The notes under the pieces are model-generated. The model was not told where the DNA came from. It saw nothing but the letters and a program-made list of their open reading frames with translations, and searched no databases. A DNA stretch of 64,000 nucleotides, from assembly GCA_029856105.1 (NCBI GenBank), contig JAHQWH010000015.1, positions 1 to 64,000 on the forward strand. Reading direction: 5' to 3'. The position numbers were made by a program, and so were the translations under genes. Below are positions 18,486 through 27,852 of the stretch, piece after piece (the stretch's first letter is position 1; the number at the start of each line of letters is the position of its first letter). This stretch comes from Promethearchaeia archaeon (GTDB lineage: Archaea > Asgardarchaeota > Lokiarchaeia > Sigyniarchaeales > SOKP01).

Positions 18486-19790
18486 TTATTTAATCCAAGG
18501 GTCTGGTAATTTTAATCCTTCCAAGGCCTTATCTTCGAAGACTTGTTTAGCAACGTGCATTAATGACTTCTCGATTCCAGCGATATTGTGGTTTGTAGCA
18601 ACTAGAAGGTTTAACTTATTACAAATACCTTGATCGTTAGACCAGATATTATACAACAATATACCTCTAGGGGCTTCTACAACGCCTACACCGTTACCTT
18701 CTCGTGGTTCCACATCTAACGTCTTGCAATCGGGATTTACTATGTCAGGATCTTCAAGATATTGTGCTATTAATTCAATTGATTCTACTGCTTCAATAAT
18801 TCGAGCCCAATGATAGGCAAACGTGTGATGCGAAACATCGCCGATTTTGGCTTTCATTTCTTTTAAAGCCCCGTCAGCTAATGGTGTTGCCATTCGATCT
18901 GCACAATTAGTCATTGCTAGCGTATTTGCTCGATAAATGCCATCGGGATAACCTGCTGGTTTGTAATACATGTGGGTAGCATAAGAATGATCAGGAACAT
19001 GTTCTCCTAAAACATTTAGATAATCATGAACGTCGTAATCAATCTTTTTACCATCGGGAGTGACTATTCTAAGATCGCCATCGTAAATATCGTGTACTCC
19101 GTTTTTCGTCATACCAAGATAATAAGTTGGCACAACGCCTACATTAGCAACGACATCCCAATAATCAGTTACAACTTTTAGAGCGATATCAACTGTCTTC
19201 AACATGAAATCAACTTGCTCAGGAACCATTTTTAAAAACTTATCCCTTGCGGCTTCGTCCATCGGTTTTTTCATCCCACCGACTATAGCGGACACAGGAT
19301 GGACCGATTTTCCACCGATTTCAGCGCAGAGTTTTTGGCCGAAATCCATCATCTTCAATGCCATTGCTCCAACATCGGGCATCTTGTTTATCACGTGAAC
19401 GACATTCCTCAACGCTGGGTCTGCAAAAGGCCCTAAGAGGAAATCAGGTGCCGCTAACGCGTAAAAGTGCAACATATGCGATGAATACTGCTTCGCATTC
19501 ATTAACAATTGTCTAAGTTTATATGCAGCAGGAGGTATTTCAACGCCCCAAGCGTCTTCTACCGCTTTTGTTGGAGCTAAATGATGGGGAATAGGGCATA
19601 TTCCACAAATTCTTGGCGTAATCCTTGGTACATGCTCGCAATATCTGCCCTCGCAGAATTTCTCAAAAAATCTCGTTGAAGTGATATTAAATTGGGCGTC
19701 CTTTACCTTACCATCGTCTCCAATAACAATTCTTAATCCACCGTGTCCTTCTAATCGAGTGACTGGTTCAACTACTATTTCTTTTACCAT
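18486..19790 (-). CDS. vhuA: F420-non-reducing (group 3c) [NiFe] hydrogenase large subunit, split form
   Basis: TRLEGHG, RICGICPIPHH and EAPRG motifs; ends without DPCxxCxxH. Confidence 0.93.
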   Translation of the reverse strand: MVKEIVVEPVTRLEGHGGLRIVIGDDGKVKDAQFNITSTRFFEKFCEGRYCEHVPRITPRICGICPIPHHLAPTKAVEDAWGVEIPPAAYKLRQLLMNAKQYSSHMLHFYALAAPDFLLGPFADPALRNVVHVINKMPDVGAMALKMMDFGQKLCAEIGGKSVHPVSAIVGGMKKPMDEAARDKFLKMVPEQVDFMLKTVDIALKVVTDYWDVVANVGVVPTYYLGMTKNGVHDIYDGDLRIVTPDGKKIDYDVHDYLNVLGEHVPDHSYATHMYYKPAGYPDGIYRANTLAMTNCADRMATPLADGALKEMKAKIGDVSHHTFAYHWARIIEAVESIELIAQYLEDPDIVNPDCKTLDVEPREGNGVGVVEAPRGILLYNIWSNDQGICNKLNLLVATNHNIAGIEKSLMHVAKQVFEDKALEGLKLPDPWIK

Positions 19791-19821
19791 TTTTTTTCCA
19801 CCTATTATTTATAATAAAATT

Positions 19822-21138
19822 TTATCTATAATTTTTGTTAGTCGCCAACGTAAACTTCTCAGCGAAGCCAAGCTTATCTTTTATCTGGACAAGCATTTCT
19901 TCTTTTGATAGAGCTACGTTATAACCTTTCTTTACTACATCGACATATCGTTCAATTTGGTCAACATTCCAACTCGTTTGTCCATAGCAACCAGAACAAG
20001 GCGTATTGACTTTTAAACACAATCCGCCACATCCCGCTCTTGTTATAGGTCCTGCGCAGAGATATCCTTGCTCGATTAAGCAATCCTCCATGTTAGGAAG
20101 CCCTTCGTAATCACGCTTAACTTTTGTCATTTGAGACTTACTCCCAATTTTTCGTGGACAAGTATCACATACAGTAGAAATCTCTGTAAAATCTCTACGA
20201 TTTTTCAAAAATGCCATAATCTTTGTTGCGATATTTCCAGTTTCATATGGGAGATTAGCTAATGGAGTTTGAGTTTCTCCTGTTTTTTTAACTTGCTGTA
20301 ATATATCTCCAGCAAGGTCAAAACCCGCCATTAGTGGTACGTTAAGGAAAAGCGTTAAGAACTCGTATAAATTCCTTTTATCGCCTGAACTGATTTGTTC
20401 GAGGTTCTCTGTCATTTGTGCTAATTTACCTACTCTCGAGGATACTGATTTTGCGGGTCCTAAGCATCCAACGCATGGATTTCCGTCGTCAGTACATTTT
20501 AAAGTACACCCTGTACTCGTAATGGGGCCAAAACATAATGTACCCTTCTCTAAAAAACAATTCTCGTTGTTTAGAGAGCAATCGTTGCAGAATGCAGTTT
20601 CACTCATAGGCTGTGGTTTTTGTCCAAGTAAAAATTCAACTGCCGAAAAAATTGCTTCAGGTTTAGGAGGACATCCACCCATGTAAACATCTACACTAAT
20701 AACTTCGTCAAGAGGAACTATTTTACTGGCAAAACCAGGCATATGTTCTTTTGGTTCCTTAGGATTCTCGTTAGTAATGGATTCTGCTTCGGTAAACTTC
20801 CTAGTGATTGCTTCTTGAATGTCCCATTGATTGGCTAATCCATGAACGCTTCCATAACACGCACACGAGCCGAAGGCAATAATGAGTTGACATTTTGCTC
20901 TCATTAACTTAGCGTTTTCTATGTCTGCATTGGTTCTCATACTGCCTTCAATAAAACCTACTAGAATATCTCCGTCTGGTCGTGCTTTTAACGAATCGTG
21001 CTTGAAATCAACGACAGCTGGCCAATAAACGATATCGAGTGCTGGAAGTATTTTTAACAATCCCAAATGTGCATTTAATAAGGATTGATGGCACCCCCAA
21101 CAATCTGAACTTTGCATAAAAGCTACTTTAACTGCCAT
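19822..21138 (-). CDS. vhuG: F420-non-reducing hydrogenase small subunit, with duplicated distal Fe-S module
   Basis: CWGC, GSCAC and GCPP motifs, then two copies of C..C...CL/F...G..C.GP.T..GC...C....PC.GC.G. Confidence 0.9.
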   Translation of the reverse strand: MAVKVAFMQSSDCWGCHQSLLNAHLGLLKILPALDIVYWPAVVDFKHDSLKARPDGDILVGFIEGSMRTNADIENAKLMRAKCQLIIAFGSCACYGSVHGLANQWDIQEAITRKFTEAESITNENPKEPKEHMPGFASKIVPLDEVISVDVYMGGCPPKPEAIFSAVEFLLGQKPQPMSETAFCNDCSLNNENCFLEKGTLCFGPITSTGCTLKCTDDGNPCVGCLGPAKSVSSRVGKLAQMTENLEQISSGDKRNLYEFLTLFLNVPLMAGFDLAGDILQQVKKTGETQTPLANLPYETGNIATKIMAFLKNRRDFTEISTVCDTCPRKIGSKSQMTKVKRDYEGLPNMEDCLIEQGYLCAGPITRAGCGGLCLKVNTPCSGCYGQTSWNVDQIERYVDVVKKGYNVALSKEEMLVQIKDKLGFAEKFTLATNKNYR

Positions 21139-21281
21139 TTTTTATCATTTAATTAATTTTAATTTATGATTTTTGATTAATAAAATCTTAGTTGTGTTTA
21201 TTTAATCATAATTTTATAAAAAAAGTTATGTTTTTCTTCGATTTAAAATAAAAATTTTGCTAGAGTTCTACGATAGATTTA

Positions 21282-21293
21282 GAATGATCATTC
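21282..21293. promoter_or_regulatory. Perfect palindrome GAATGATCATTC upstream of the vhu operon (variants at 21344-21355 and 21572-21583)
   Basis: Three GAAT-N4-ATTC copies in one intergenic region. Confidence 0.5.
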
Positions 21294-21330
21294 AATTTCG
21301 AACATTCTTTTAGTTTGGGTTAATTAACAC

Positions 21331-21500
21331 AAAGATTTATTTTGAATATTCATTCTTTTCGAATATTATTTGATCTTTTTTTTTCAAAATTTTCTAATAT
21401 TATTAAGGATTTTGATTAATTTGTAAAAAAAAATTGACTTTTCCTCTGAGAAAAGCTTAAAGTTATAAAAAAATTTCTGCTTTTCTTCATTCTGAATAAT
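21331..21500 (+). repeat. Noncoding block duplicated at 27302..27492
   Basis: Collinear shared segments; core TTGACTTTTCCTCTGAGAAAAGCTTAAA (21434-21461) is 26/28 identical to 27438-27465. Confidence 0.75.
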
Positions 21501-21879
21501 TATATATTTTATTCAATATTATCCTTAGTGTTATTTATTGGATTGCATTGATTACTATAAAGATTTTTTTCGAATACTCATTCTTATCGAATAAAATACG
21601 ATATAAATATTTAATCCTTTATGTACACTTTATAATCGTAAAATGTATTATAAACTTTTATAGATATCATAATTTTTTATCAAATTAATCTTCAGAAAGA
21701 TCGATGTCTCTTCTTATAATTAGAGCTTTGAAATTTTTGGAAATTATAATTTATTATAGGAAAAATTGGGAGTGAAATCCCGCCCACAATTAAAGTCTTG
21801 ATAATAATATCTTTGGACCTCCAAAAATAAAAAAATAAAAAAAATTTTAATATCAAATTCTACTTAGGATATTGAATTT

Positions 21880-22341
21880 TCATAATTTGGGTTTAATCTC
21901 ATAAATTATCGTAAAGATTCCAATTATTGATGTTATGCAAAAGATTATGAAGCATATTAACCCTAAAGTAAAGCTACCCCATGTAAGATTAGTTAATTGC
22001 CCTCCAACTAAATACAATTGTGTGAAAAAGACTCCTGATCCCACGATCATCATAATAAATAGAATTGTCATAAGTAGCTTATAATTGATATTTCTAACAA
22101 AATTTATTTTTATAATATTATACATAAAAAGACCGTTAATAATATATCCGCCAACAAAAACTCCAATTAATATCGTAGATGCTAAGAACATTATAAACAA
22201 CTTAACCATCGAAAAGTTTCCAATATTAGTATCTCTGAGAATATATAAAATAACTGAAAGAGCTATCAAAATGCATTGAATTATAAAAAATACAGTAAAT
22301 TTTTTTTTGTATTCTTGTTTTTTATCTCTTATTTCTTCCAT
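21880..22341 (-). CDS. Four-TM membrane protein downstream of the formate channel
   Basis: Four hydrophobic segments; GAGGAG upstream. Confidence 0.75.
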   Translation of the reverse strand: MEEIRDKKQEYKKKFTVFFIIQCILIALSVILYILRDTNIGNFSMVKLFIMFLASTILIGVFVGGYIINGLFMYNIIKINFVRNINYKLLMTILFIMMIVGSGVFFTQLYLVGGQLTNLTWGSFTLGLICFIIFCITSIIGIFTIIYEIKPKL

Positions 22342-22380
22342 TACTCCTCACTAATTTATTTATAATAATAAAAAAAAAAA

Positions 22381-23493
22381 TTAAATTCTTATTGATATTT
22401 TCTTAAAAACAATTCTCAAGATTATGCTGATGCCAATTACATAAACGATTATTACAATTGGAATGATAATAGTGACCATCAGATTACCTAACATCGGAAT
22501 TTCTAAGAAAGATATTCGTGCATAGCCAGAAGCAGGGGTAATACCAGTTTCAAGTATCATCGCAATTCCTCCAGGAGCAATAATATAGGCTAAAACTAAA
22601 ATTACTCCTCCTATTATCAATGGAATAAGTTGTTTAAGTACTAATCCAATACGCTTTGCATCTGAATGATTAATCTTCTCAGTTTCTTCAATATTATTGC
22701 ATCCCGTAGTGAACCAATAATTTAGACCCATAAAAACATATCCTCCAATCATATTACCAATTAATACGGGTAAAAAGTTGCAAATAAAAGCTTGCGACCA
22801 AGTCACATTAGCTCCACTGAAGATTCCAATGGGAAGAAAGAACATATTCGCGACAACGTGCTCAGATCCTACAGCAACAAATGCCATTATGGGAAACCAT
22901 ATGTTAACTACTTTCGCCATTAAATTATTGTTAGATTTTATGGCTTGGTATATAGCAAAATTTACCAAAAAGTTACAAATTATTCCTTTAAACAGCATTG
23001 TCATGAACCCACCAACGAAATCTGCGTTAACAAGAGCTATTTTTGCTTCAGCTATAGCAATTGCTTTTACACAAGCCGCTGCTCCGATGGTTGTTCCAAA
23101 GAGAAGTGCAAATCCTACAATCCACGCCCAAGTAATGGAACCAATTAAATTTCCACCGAGAGCTAAAAACCAGTTACGATAAGTTTCATTAGTTTTCACT
23201 TTCTTTGTATATTGTGCCATTGGAGTGATCATGCAATCTCCCGTAAAAAGATCAGCACCACCCATAAAGAGGATACCAATTAATCCGACTGGAAATACAG
23301 CAGCAAACATAAAGCCACTCCACTCAGAAGGCACCTTTTGGGATACTATTATTGCCAACATCCCTCCCAAGGCTATAAAGACTCCCGCATTCCAGCCTGT
23401 GAGTAAATTTACTACAAAAGATTGCTTCGTTTTTCTTTCTCCCGCAGAAGAAATAGCATCAATTGTTGGATCAAGACTAACATTTTTAGACAT
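22381..23493 (-). CDS. fdhC: Formate/nitrite transporter (FNT; FdhC/FocA-like) with extra C-terminal TM region
   Basis: FPVGL, ADLFTG, GNLIG, KGIICNFLVN, EHVVANM and GNMIGG motifs; divergent from the fdh operon. Confidence 0.9.
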   Translation of the reverse strand: MSKNVSLDPTIDAISSAGERKTKQSFVVNLLTGWNAGVFIALGGMLAIIVSQKVPSEWSGFMFAAVFPVGLIGILFMGGADLFTGDCMITPMAQYTKKVKTNETYRNWFLALGGNLIGSITWAWIVGFALLFGTTIGAAACVKAIAIAEAKIALVNADFVGGFMTMLFKGIICNFLVNFAIYQAIKSNNNLMAKVVNIWFPIMAFVAVGSEHVVANMFFLPIGIFSGANVTWSQAFICNFLPVLIGNMIGGYVFMGLNYWFTTGCNNIEETEKINHSDAKRIGLVLKQLIPLIIGGVILVLAYIIAPGGIAMILETGITPASGYARISFLEIPMLGNLMVTIIIPIVIIVYVIGISIILRIVFKKISIRI

Positions 23494-23789
23494 AATTTTT
23501 CATCAAGTTTTATCTTGTTTTATTTTATTTTATTTATTTTTTATTGATAGAATCAATTAAAAATTACTATTTAGAAAATTTTATAGTTTTTAAAACTTTT
23601 GGTGATCGGTTTTTTAAATTAGGCATGCCTAATAACTCGATCATATTATTGATTATCGTCTTCATTGATCCTTTTCGTAAACGGAATGTCGGATTTCGTA
23701 AAAAAGCTTATATAATATTTTAAATATTTTAAAATATCTAATAAAAAACAAAATTTAAAATTAAGGAGATAAAAAGGAGAAAAATTATA

Positions 23790-24272
23790 ATGGAAGTTAT
23801 TCGAATAAAATATGATAAAGACGATATAATTCAAAAAAGCGAAGAAGTTGAAGTTTGTTTTAAATGCTCTGCTTGTTCTTTATTTTGCCCAGTAACTCTA
23901 AATGTATCCAAATACGATATTGAAAACGCTTTCATTGCTCAATTATTTAACGCAGAAGAATCCGTAGCCTTAAAGGATGTATGGATGTGCTGTGTTTGTG
24001 AGAAGTGTTTAATGATATGTCCTCAAAATGCTGACCCTTCAGAAGTATTTAATAATCTTAAGCAATTATCTTATTTAAAAGGCTTAGCACCTGCTTCTGT
24101 ATATGGATTAGCAAAACAAATATTAAAGACGGGTATTGCGTTTGAAATTGGGGCAAAGTTAAACGCTAATAGGAAAAAACAAAATCTTAGAGAATTAACA
24201 CCAAATGATAACGTTATAAAAGATTTAAAAATCCTAGCAGAAAAAACTGCTTTAAAAACGGAGGCTGATTAA
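23790..24272 (+). CDS. hdrC: HdrC-like 2x[4Fe-4S] protein
   Basis: CFKCSACSLFCP and WMCCVCEKCLMICP motifs. Confidence 0.85.
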   Translation: MEVIRIKYDKDDIIQKSEEVEVCFKCSACSLFCPVTLNVSKYDIENAFIAQLFNAEESVALKDVWMCCVCEKCLMICPQNADPSEVFNNLKQLSYLKGLAPASVYGLAKQILKTGIAFEIGAKLNANRKKQNLRELTPNDNVIKDLKILAEKTALKTEAD

Positions 24273-24274
24273 AA

Positions 24275-25150
24275 ATGGGTAAATATTTATTTTTTAAAGG
24301 TTGTACAATTCCTGCAAAATTACCCAATGTGGAAAGACTTGCATTAGATGTTCTACCAGAGATAGGAATTGAGCTAGTAGAAGAAGAAGGTTTCTCTTGT
24401 TGTCCTGATCCTATTCAGTTACAAGGAGCAAATCATAGTTTTTGGTTAGCTACTGCTGCGAGAAATTTAGCTATTGCTGAAGAAAAAGGATTAAATATTA
24501 TGACGCTGTGTAATGGTTGTTTAAATACACTAGCTATTGCTAATCACAAGTTAAAAGAAAATGCAGAATTAAGAGATGCTATTAATAAAATTTTAAGCGG
24601 AATTGGAAAAGAATTTAAAGGTACAATTGAAGTAAAGCACCTTTTACAAGTTTTAAAAGAGGACGTTAAATTAGATGCCTTGAAAAATAAGATTAAAAAA
24701 CCTTTAACTGGCTTAAAGATTGCAGGACATCCAGGATGTCATTTATTGATGCCAGACGAAATTCTAAAATTTGATGATCCTACCGATCCTATCATATACG
24801 ATAAATTCATTGAGGCTTTAGGTGCTACAGCAGTTGATTATTTATCAAAGATCGATTGTTGCGGAGTTTCATTAGCATTAGTCGGTAATAAAGAAGGAAA
24901 TAATAAAGCCATTCACACAAAAATAGCTGATGTTAAAAGTGCAGGTGCTCAAATACTTAGTACAGGCTGTCCATTTTGCTTTACTCAATTTGATATGGGT
25001 CAAATTACAGCTAGTAGAGAATATGCAGATCTTAAGGAAAATAGGATTCCTATTTTATATTCTGTTGAGTTAATCGCATTAGCAATGGGAAGAAGTCTCG
25101 ATGATATTGGATATAAAACACATAAAATAAAACCAGCTTTATCAATTTAG
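24275..25150 (+). CDS. hdrB: Heterodisulfide reductase subunit B
   Basis: SCCP, CNGC, HPGCH, DCCG and CPFC motifs. Confidence 0.92.
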   Translation: MGKYLFFKGCTIPAKLPNVERLALDVLPEIGIELVEEEGFSCCPDPIQLQGANHSFWLATAARNLAIAEEKGLNIMTLCNGCLNTLAIANHKLKENAELRDAINKILSGIGKEFKGTIEVKHLLQVLKEDVKLDALKNKIKKPLTGLKIAGHPGCHLLMPDEILKFDDPTDPIIYDKFIEALGATAVDYLSKIDCCGVSLALVGNKEGNNKAIHTKIADVKSAGAQILSTGCPFCFTQFDMGQITASREYADLKENRIPILYSVELIALAMGRSLDDIGYKTHKIKPALSI

Positions 25151-25164
25151 GAGGTAAAAAAAAA

Positions 25165-27234
25165 ATGATGAAAAAAATAAAAACTACATGTGTTTATTGC
25201 GGAACTGGTTGTCAAGTTTATCTTAAAGTACAAGACGGGAAAGTTGTTGCTACAAAGCCTGTAAGGGATGGTTTCAATCCAGGACACGGAAAACTATGTA
25301 TTAAAGGATGGAATATGCATGAATTTATAAACTCTCCCGAAAGATTAACAGATCCAATGATCAGGAAGAATGGATCTTTAAAAAAAGTAAGTTGGGATGA
25401 GGCAATACAGTATGTTGTTGATAATTTCAAAAAGATTATGGCAGAAGATCCAGGTAATAATCGCATACTTGCATGCCTGAGTTCAGCAAAGTGTACAAAT
25501 GAGGAGAATTATGTAATGCAAAAATTCGCTCGAGCTGTTTTGTACACTAATAATGTAGATCATTGTGCAAGATTATGTCATGCTTCCACTGTTGCAGGAT
25601 TAGGATCAGCATTCGGTTCAGGTGCGATGACTAACTCGATAGATGAAATTGCTGATGCAGATGTGATTTATATAACTGGGTCGAATACTAACGAACAACA
25701 TCCATTGATAGGTACTCAGATTTTAGAAGCTCTCGATAAAGGTGCGAAATTGGTAGTGGCAGATCCTAGAACGATCCCATTATCAGAGTTAGCTGTTGAA
25801 CATGGAGGAATTGCAATGACACATAGACCTGGAACAGATGTAGCTCTATTGAATGCAATAATGAATTATATAATAAGTAATGATCTTTATGACAAAAATT
25901 TTGTTGAAAACTACTGTGAAAATTTCGAAGGGCTTAAAAAAGTCGTTTCAGAGATGACTCCAGCTAAAGCAGCTAAAATTTGTGGTGTTAACGAAAAAGA
26001 TATAATTGAAGCAGCTAAAATTATTGCAGATGCTAAAGCTTGTTCTTTAATATACTCAATGGGAATAACGCAACATTCAACTGGTACGGATAACGTTAAA
26101 TCATGTGCTAATCTTCAAATGCTCTGTGGTAATGTGGGTAAATGGGCAACTGGTGTAAATCCACTACGAGGACAGCAGAATGTACAAGGAGCATGCGATT
26201 TAGGTGCTCTTGCTAATGTCTTTTCAAGTTATCAAAAAGTTGTTGAAGCCGACAAGCGAGAAAAAATGGCTAAAATCTGGGGAATTGATGCATCTAAAAT
26301 GGATGATAAAGTTGGTCTTACTGTTGTAGAAATGATGAATGCTGCTGTAGATGGAACTCTAAAATGTTTATGGGTTATGGGTGAAAATCCCATGGTAAGC
26401 GATCCAGATATTAATCATGTAAGAAAAGGGCTTAAAAAAGTATTTCTCGTTGTCCAAGATATATTTATGACACCAACTGCAGAATTAGCTGACGTTATTC
26501 TGCCAGCGGCTTCATTTGCTGAGACAGAAGGAACATTTACTAATACAGAAAGAAGAGTCCAGATGGTAAGGAAAGCTATAGAACCAATTGGAAATACAAA
26601 ACCTGATTGGGAAATTGTTGGACTTATTGCTAAAGCAATGGGATATAATGGGTTAATTTATTCACATCCTAAAGAAATCATGGATGAAATTAATAAAACG
26701 ACACCAATTTACGGCGGAATAACATGGGATCGATTAGAGAAAAATGAAAATGGGTTTCAATGGCCTTGTCCAAATCCATCTCATCCAGGGACTATATATC
26801 TACATAAAGGTGGTGCTTTTAGTCGGGGAAAAGGTTTTTTTAACGAATGTCCATTTATAGAACCAGCTGAGCTCCCTGATGATGAATATCCATTAATACT
26901 TTCAACAGGAAGAATATTGTGGCATTTCCATACAGGAACAATGAGCAGAAGATCTCCTACACTTAATGCACGAGTTCGTGAAGGTTATGTAGAAATAAGC
27001 AAAGAAGATGCGAATGATTTAGGAATCCTTGATGGAGAAAAAGTTAAAGTTAAATCTAGACGTGGCGAGATTGCAACTAAAGCAAAAATTACACATCGCG
27101 TTAAAAAGGGCTTAATATTTATTCCTTTTCACTTTAAAGAAGCAGCAGCTAATGTTCTGACAAATCCTGCATTAGATCCTATCGCAAAAATACCAGAATA
27201 TAAGGTTTGTGCTGCTAGAATAGAAAAATTATAA
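25165..27234 (+). CDS. fdhA: Formate dehydrogenase alpha subunit (Mo/W-bis-PGD, Cys-ligated)
   Basis: CVYCGTGC...C [4Fe-4S], CARLCHAS (Cys/His), RGQQNVQG and PEYKVCA motifs. Confidence 0.95.
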   Translation: MMKKIKTTCVYCGTGCQVYLKVQDGKVVATKPVRDGFNPGHGKLCIKGWNMHEFINSPERLTDPMIRKNGSLKKVSWDEAIQYVVDNFKKIMAEDPGNNRILACLSSAKCTNEENYVMQKFARAVLYTNNVDHCARLCHASTVAGLGSAFGSGAMTNSIDEIADADVIYITGSNTNEQHPLIGTQILEALDKGAKLVVADPRTIPLSELAVEHGGIAMTHRPGTDVALLNAIMNYIISNDLYDKNFVENYCENFEGLKKVVSEMTPAKAAKICGVNEKDIIEAAKIIADAKACSLIYSMGITQHSTGTDNVKSCANLQMLCGNVGKWATGVNPLRGQQNVQGACDLGALANVFSSYQKVVEADKREKMAKIWGIDASKMDDKVGLTVVEMMNAAVDGTLKCLWVMGENPMVSDPDINHVRKGLKKVFLVVQDIFMTPTAELADVILPAASFAETEGTFTNTERRVQMVRKAIEPIGNTKPDWEIVGLIAKAMGYNGLIYSHPKEIMDEINKTTPIYGGITWDRLEKNENGFQWPCPNPSHPGTIYLHKGGAFSRGKGFFNECPFIEPAELPDDEYPLILSTGRILWHFHTGTMSRRSPTLNARVREGYVEISKEDANDLGILDGEKVKVKSRRGEIATKAKITHRVKKGLIFIPFHFKEAAANVLTNPALDPIAKIPEYKVCAARIEKL

Positions 27235-27235
27235 C

Positions 27236-27264
27236 CTTTTTTTTACTTTTTTTTTTACTTTTTT
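27236..27264 (+). terminator. Poly-U archaeal-type terminator after fdhA
   Basis: Three consecutive T-runs immediately after the stop codon. Confidence 0.55.
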
Positions 27265-27301
27265 AATAACTACGCACTTTAAGCAACGGATATTTTTATT
27301 A

Positions 27302-27492
27302 AAAGATATTTTTTGAATATACATTTTTGTAGAATAATAATTTCTAGCAATATTTGATCTTTCTTTTTCACAATTTGATAATATCACATAGTAATTTGAT
27401 CATGTCCTTTAAAAAAGGAGAATAAGTTAAAATAAAATTGACTTTTCCTTTGAGAAAAGCTCAAATATAAACCTTTTCTTTTTCTGAATAAT
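27302..27492 (+). repeat. Second copy of the noncoding block; probably includes the tusA operon promoter
   Basis: Similar to 21331..21500; GAGAAAAG followed by a TATAAA-like element ~140 bp upstream of tusA. Confidence 0.7.
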
Positions 27493-27605
27493 GATTAATT
27501 AAATTTAAATTGAGTATAATATAAATAGAATTATCGATTTTTAATCGAATGATTCTTTAATGAATCTTTATTCACATAAAAAAAAAAACAACTAGGTAAA
27601 AAAAA

Positions 27606-27839
27606 ATGGTTGACATTACAGAAACTTTGGATGTTTCGGGCGAGGTTTGCCCTTATCCAGACGTAAAAAGTAAAAGAAAAGTTAAGAAAATGAATTCAGG
27701 AGAAGTTCTCGAGATTCTTGTCGATTATCCTCTCTCAGCTGAGAGGATTCCTGAGACAATGGAATCTTTAGGCCACAAAGTACTTTCTAACGAAAAAACA
27801 GGTACTTCGGCGTGGAGAATCCTGATTCAAATAAAATAA
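27606..27839 (+). CDS. tusA: TusA/SirA-family sulfur carrier
   Basis: LDVSGEVCPYP motif; 77 aa. Confidence 0.93.
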   Translation: MVDITETLDVSGEVCPYPDVKSKRKVKKMNSGEVLEILVDYPLSAERIPETMESLGHKVLSNEKTGTSAWRILIQIK

Positions 27840-27852
27840 GGTGAAAAAATAA

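Noticed and set aside
21139-21879. Hidden UGA-containing vhuD in the long intergenic region
   Set aside because: Very AT-rich, with no Cys/Gly-rich VhuD-like frame found; looks regulatory.
25560-25590. Selenocysteine in FdhA
   Set aside because: The active-site codon is TGT (CARLCHAS) and the ORF has no in-frame TGA.
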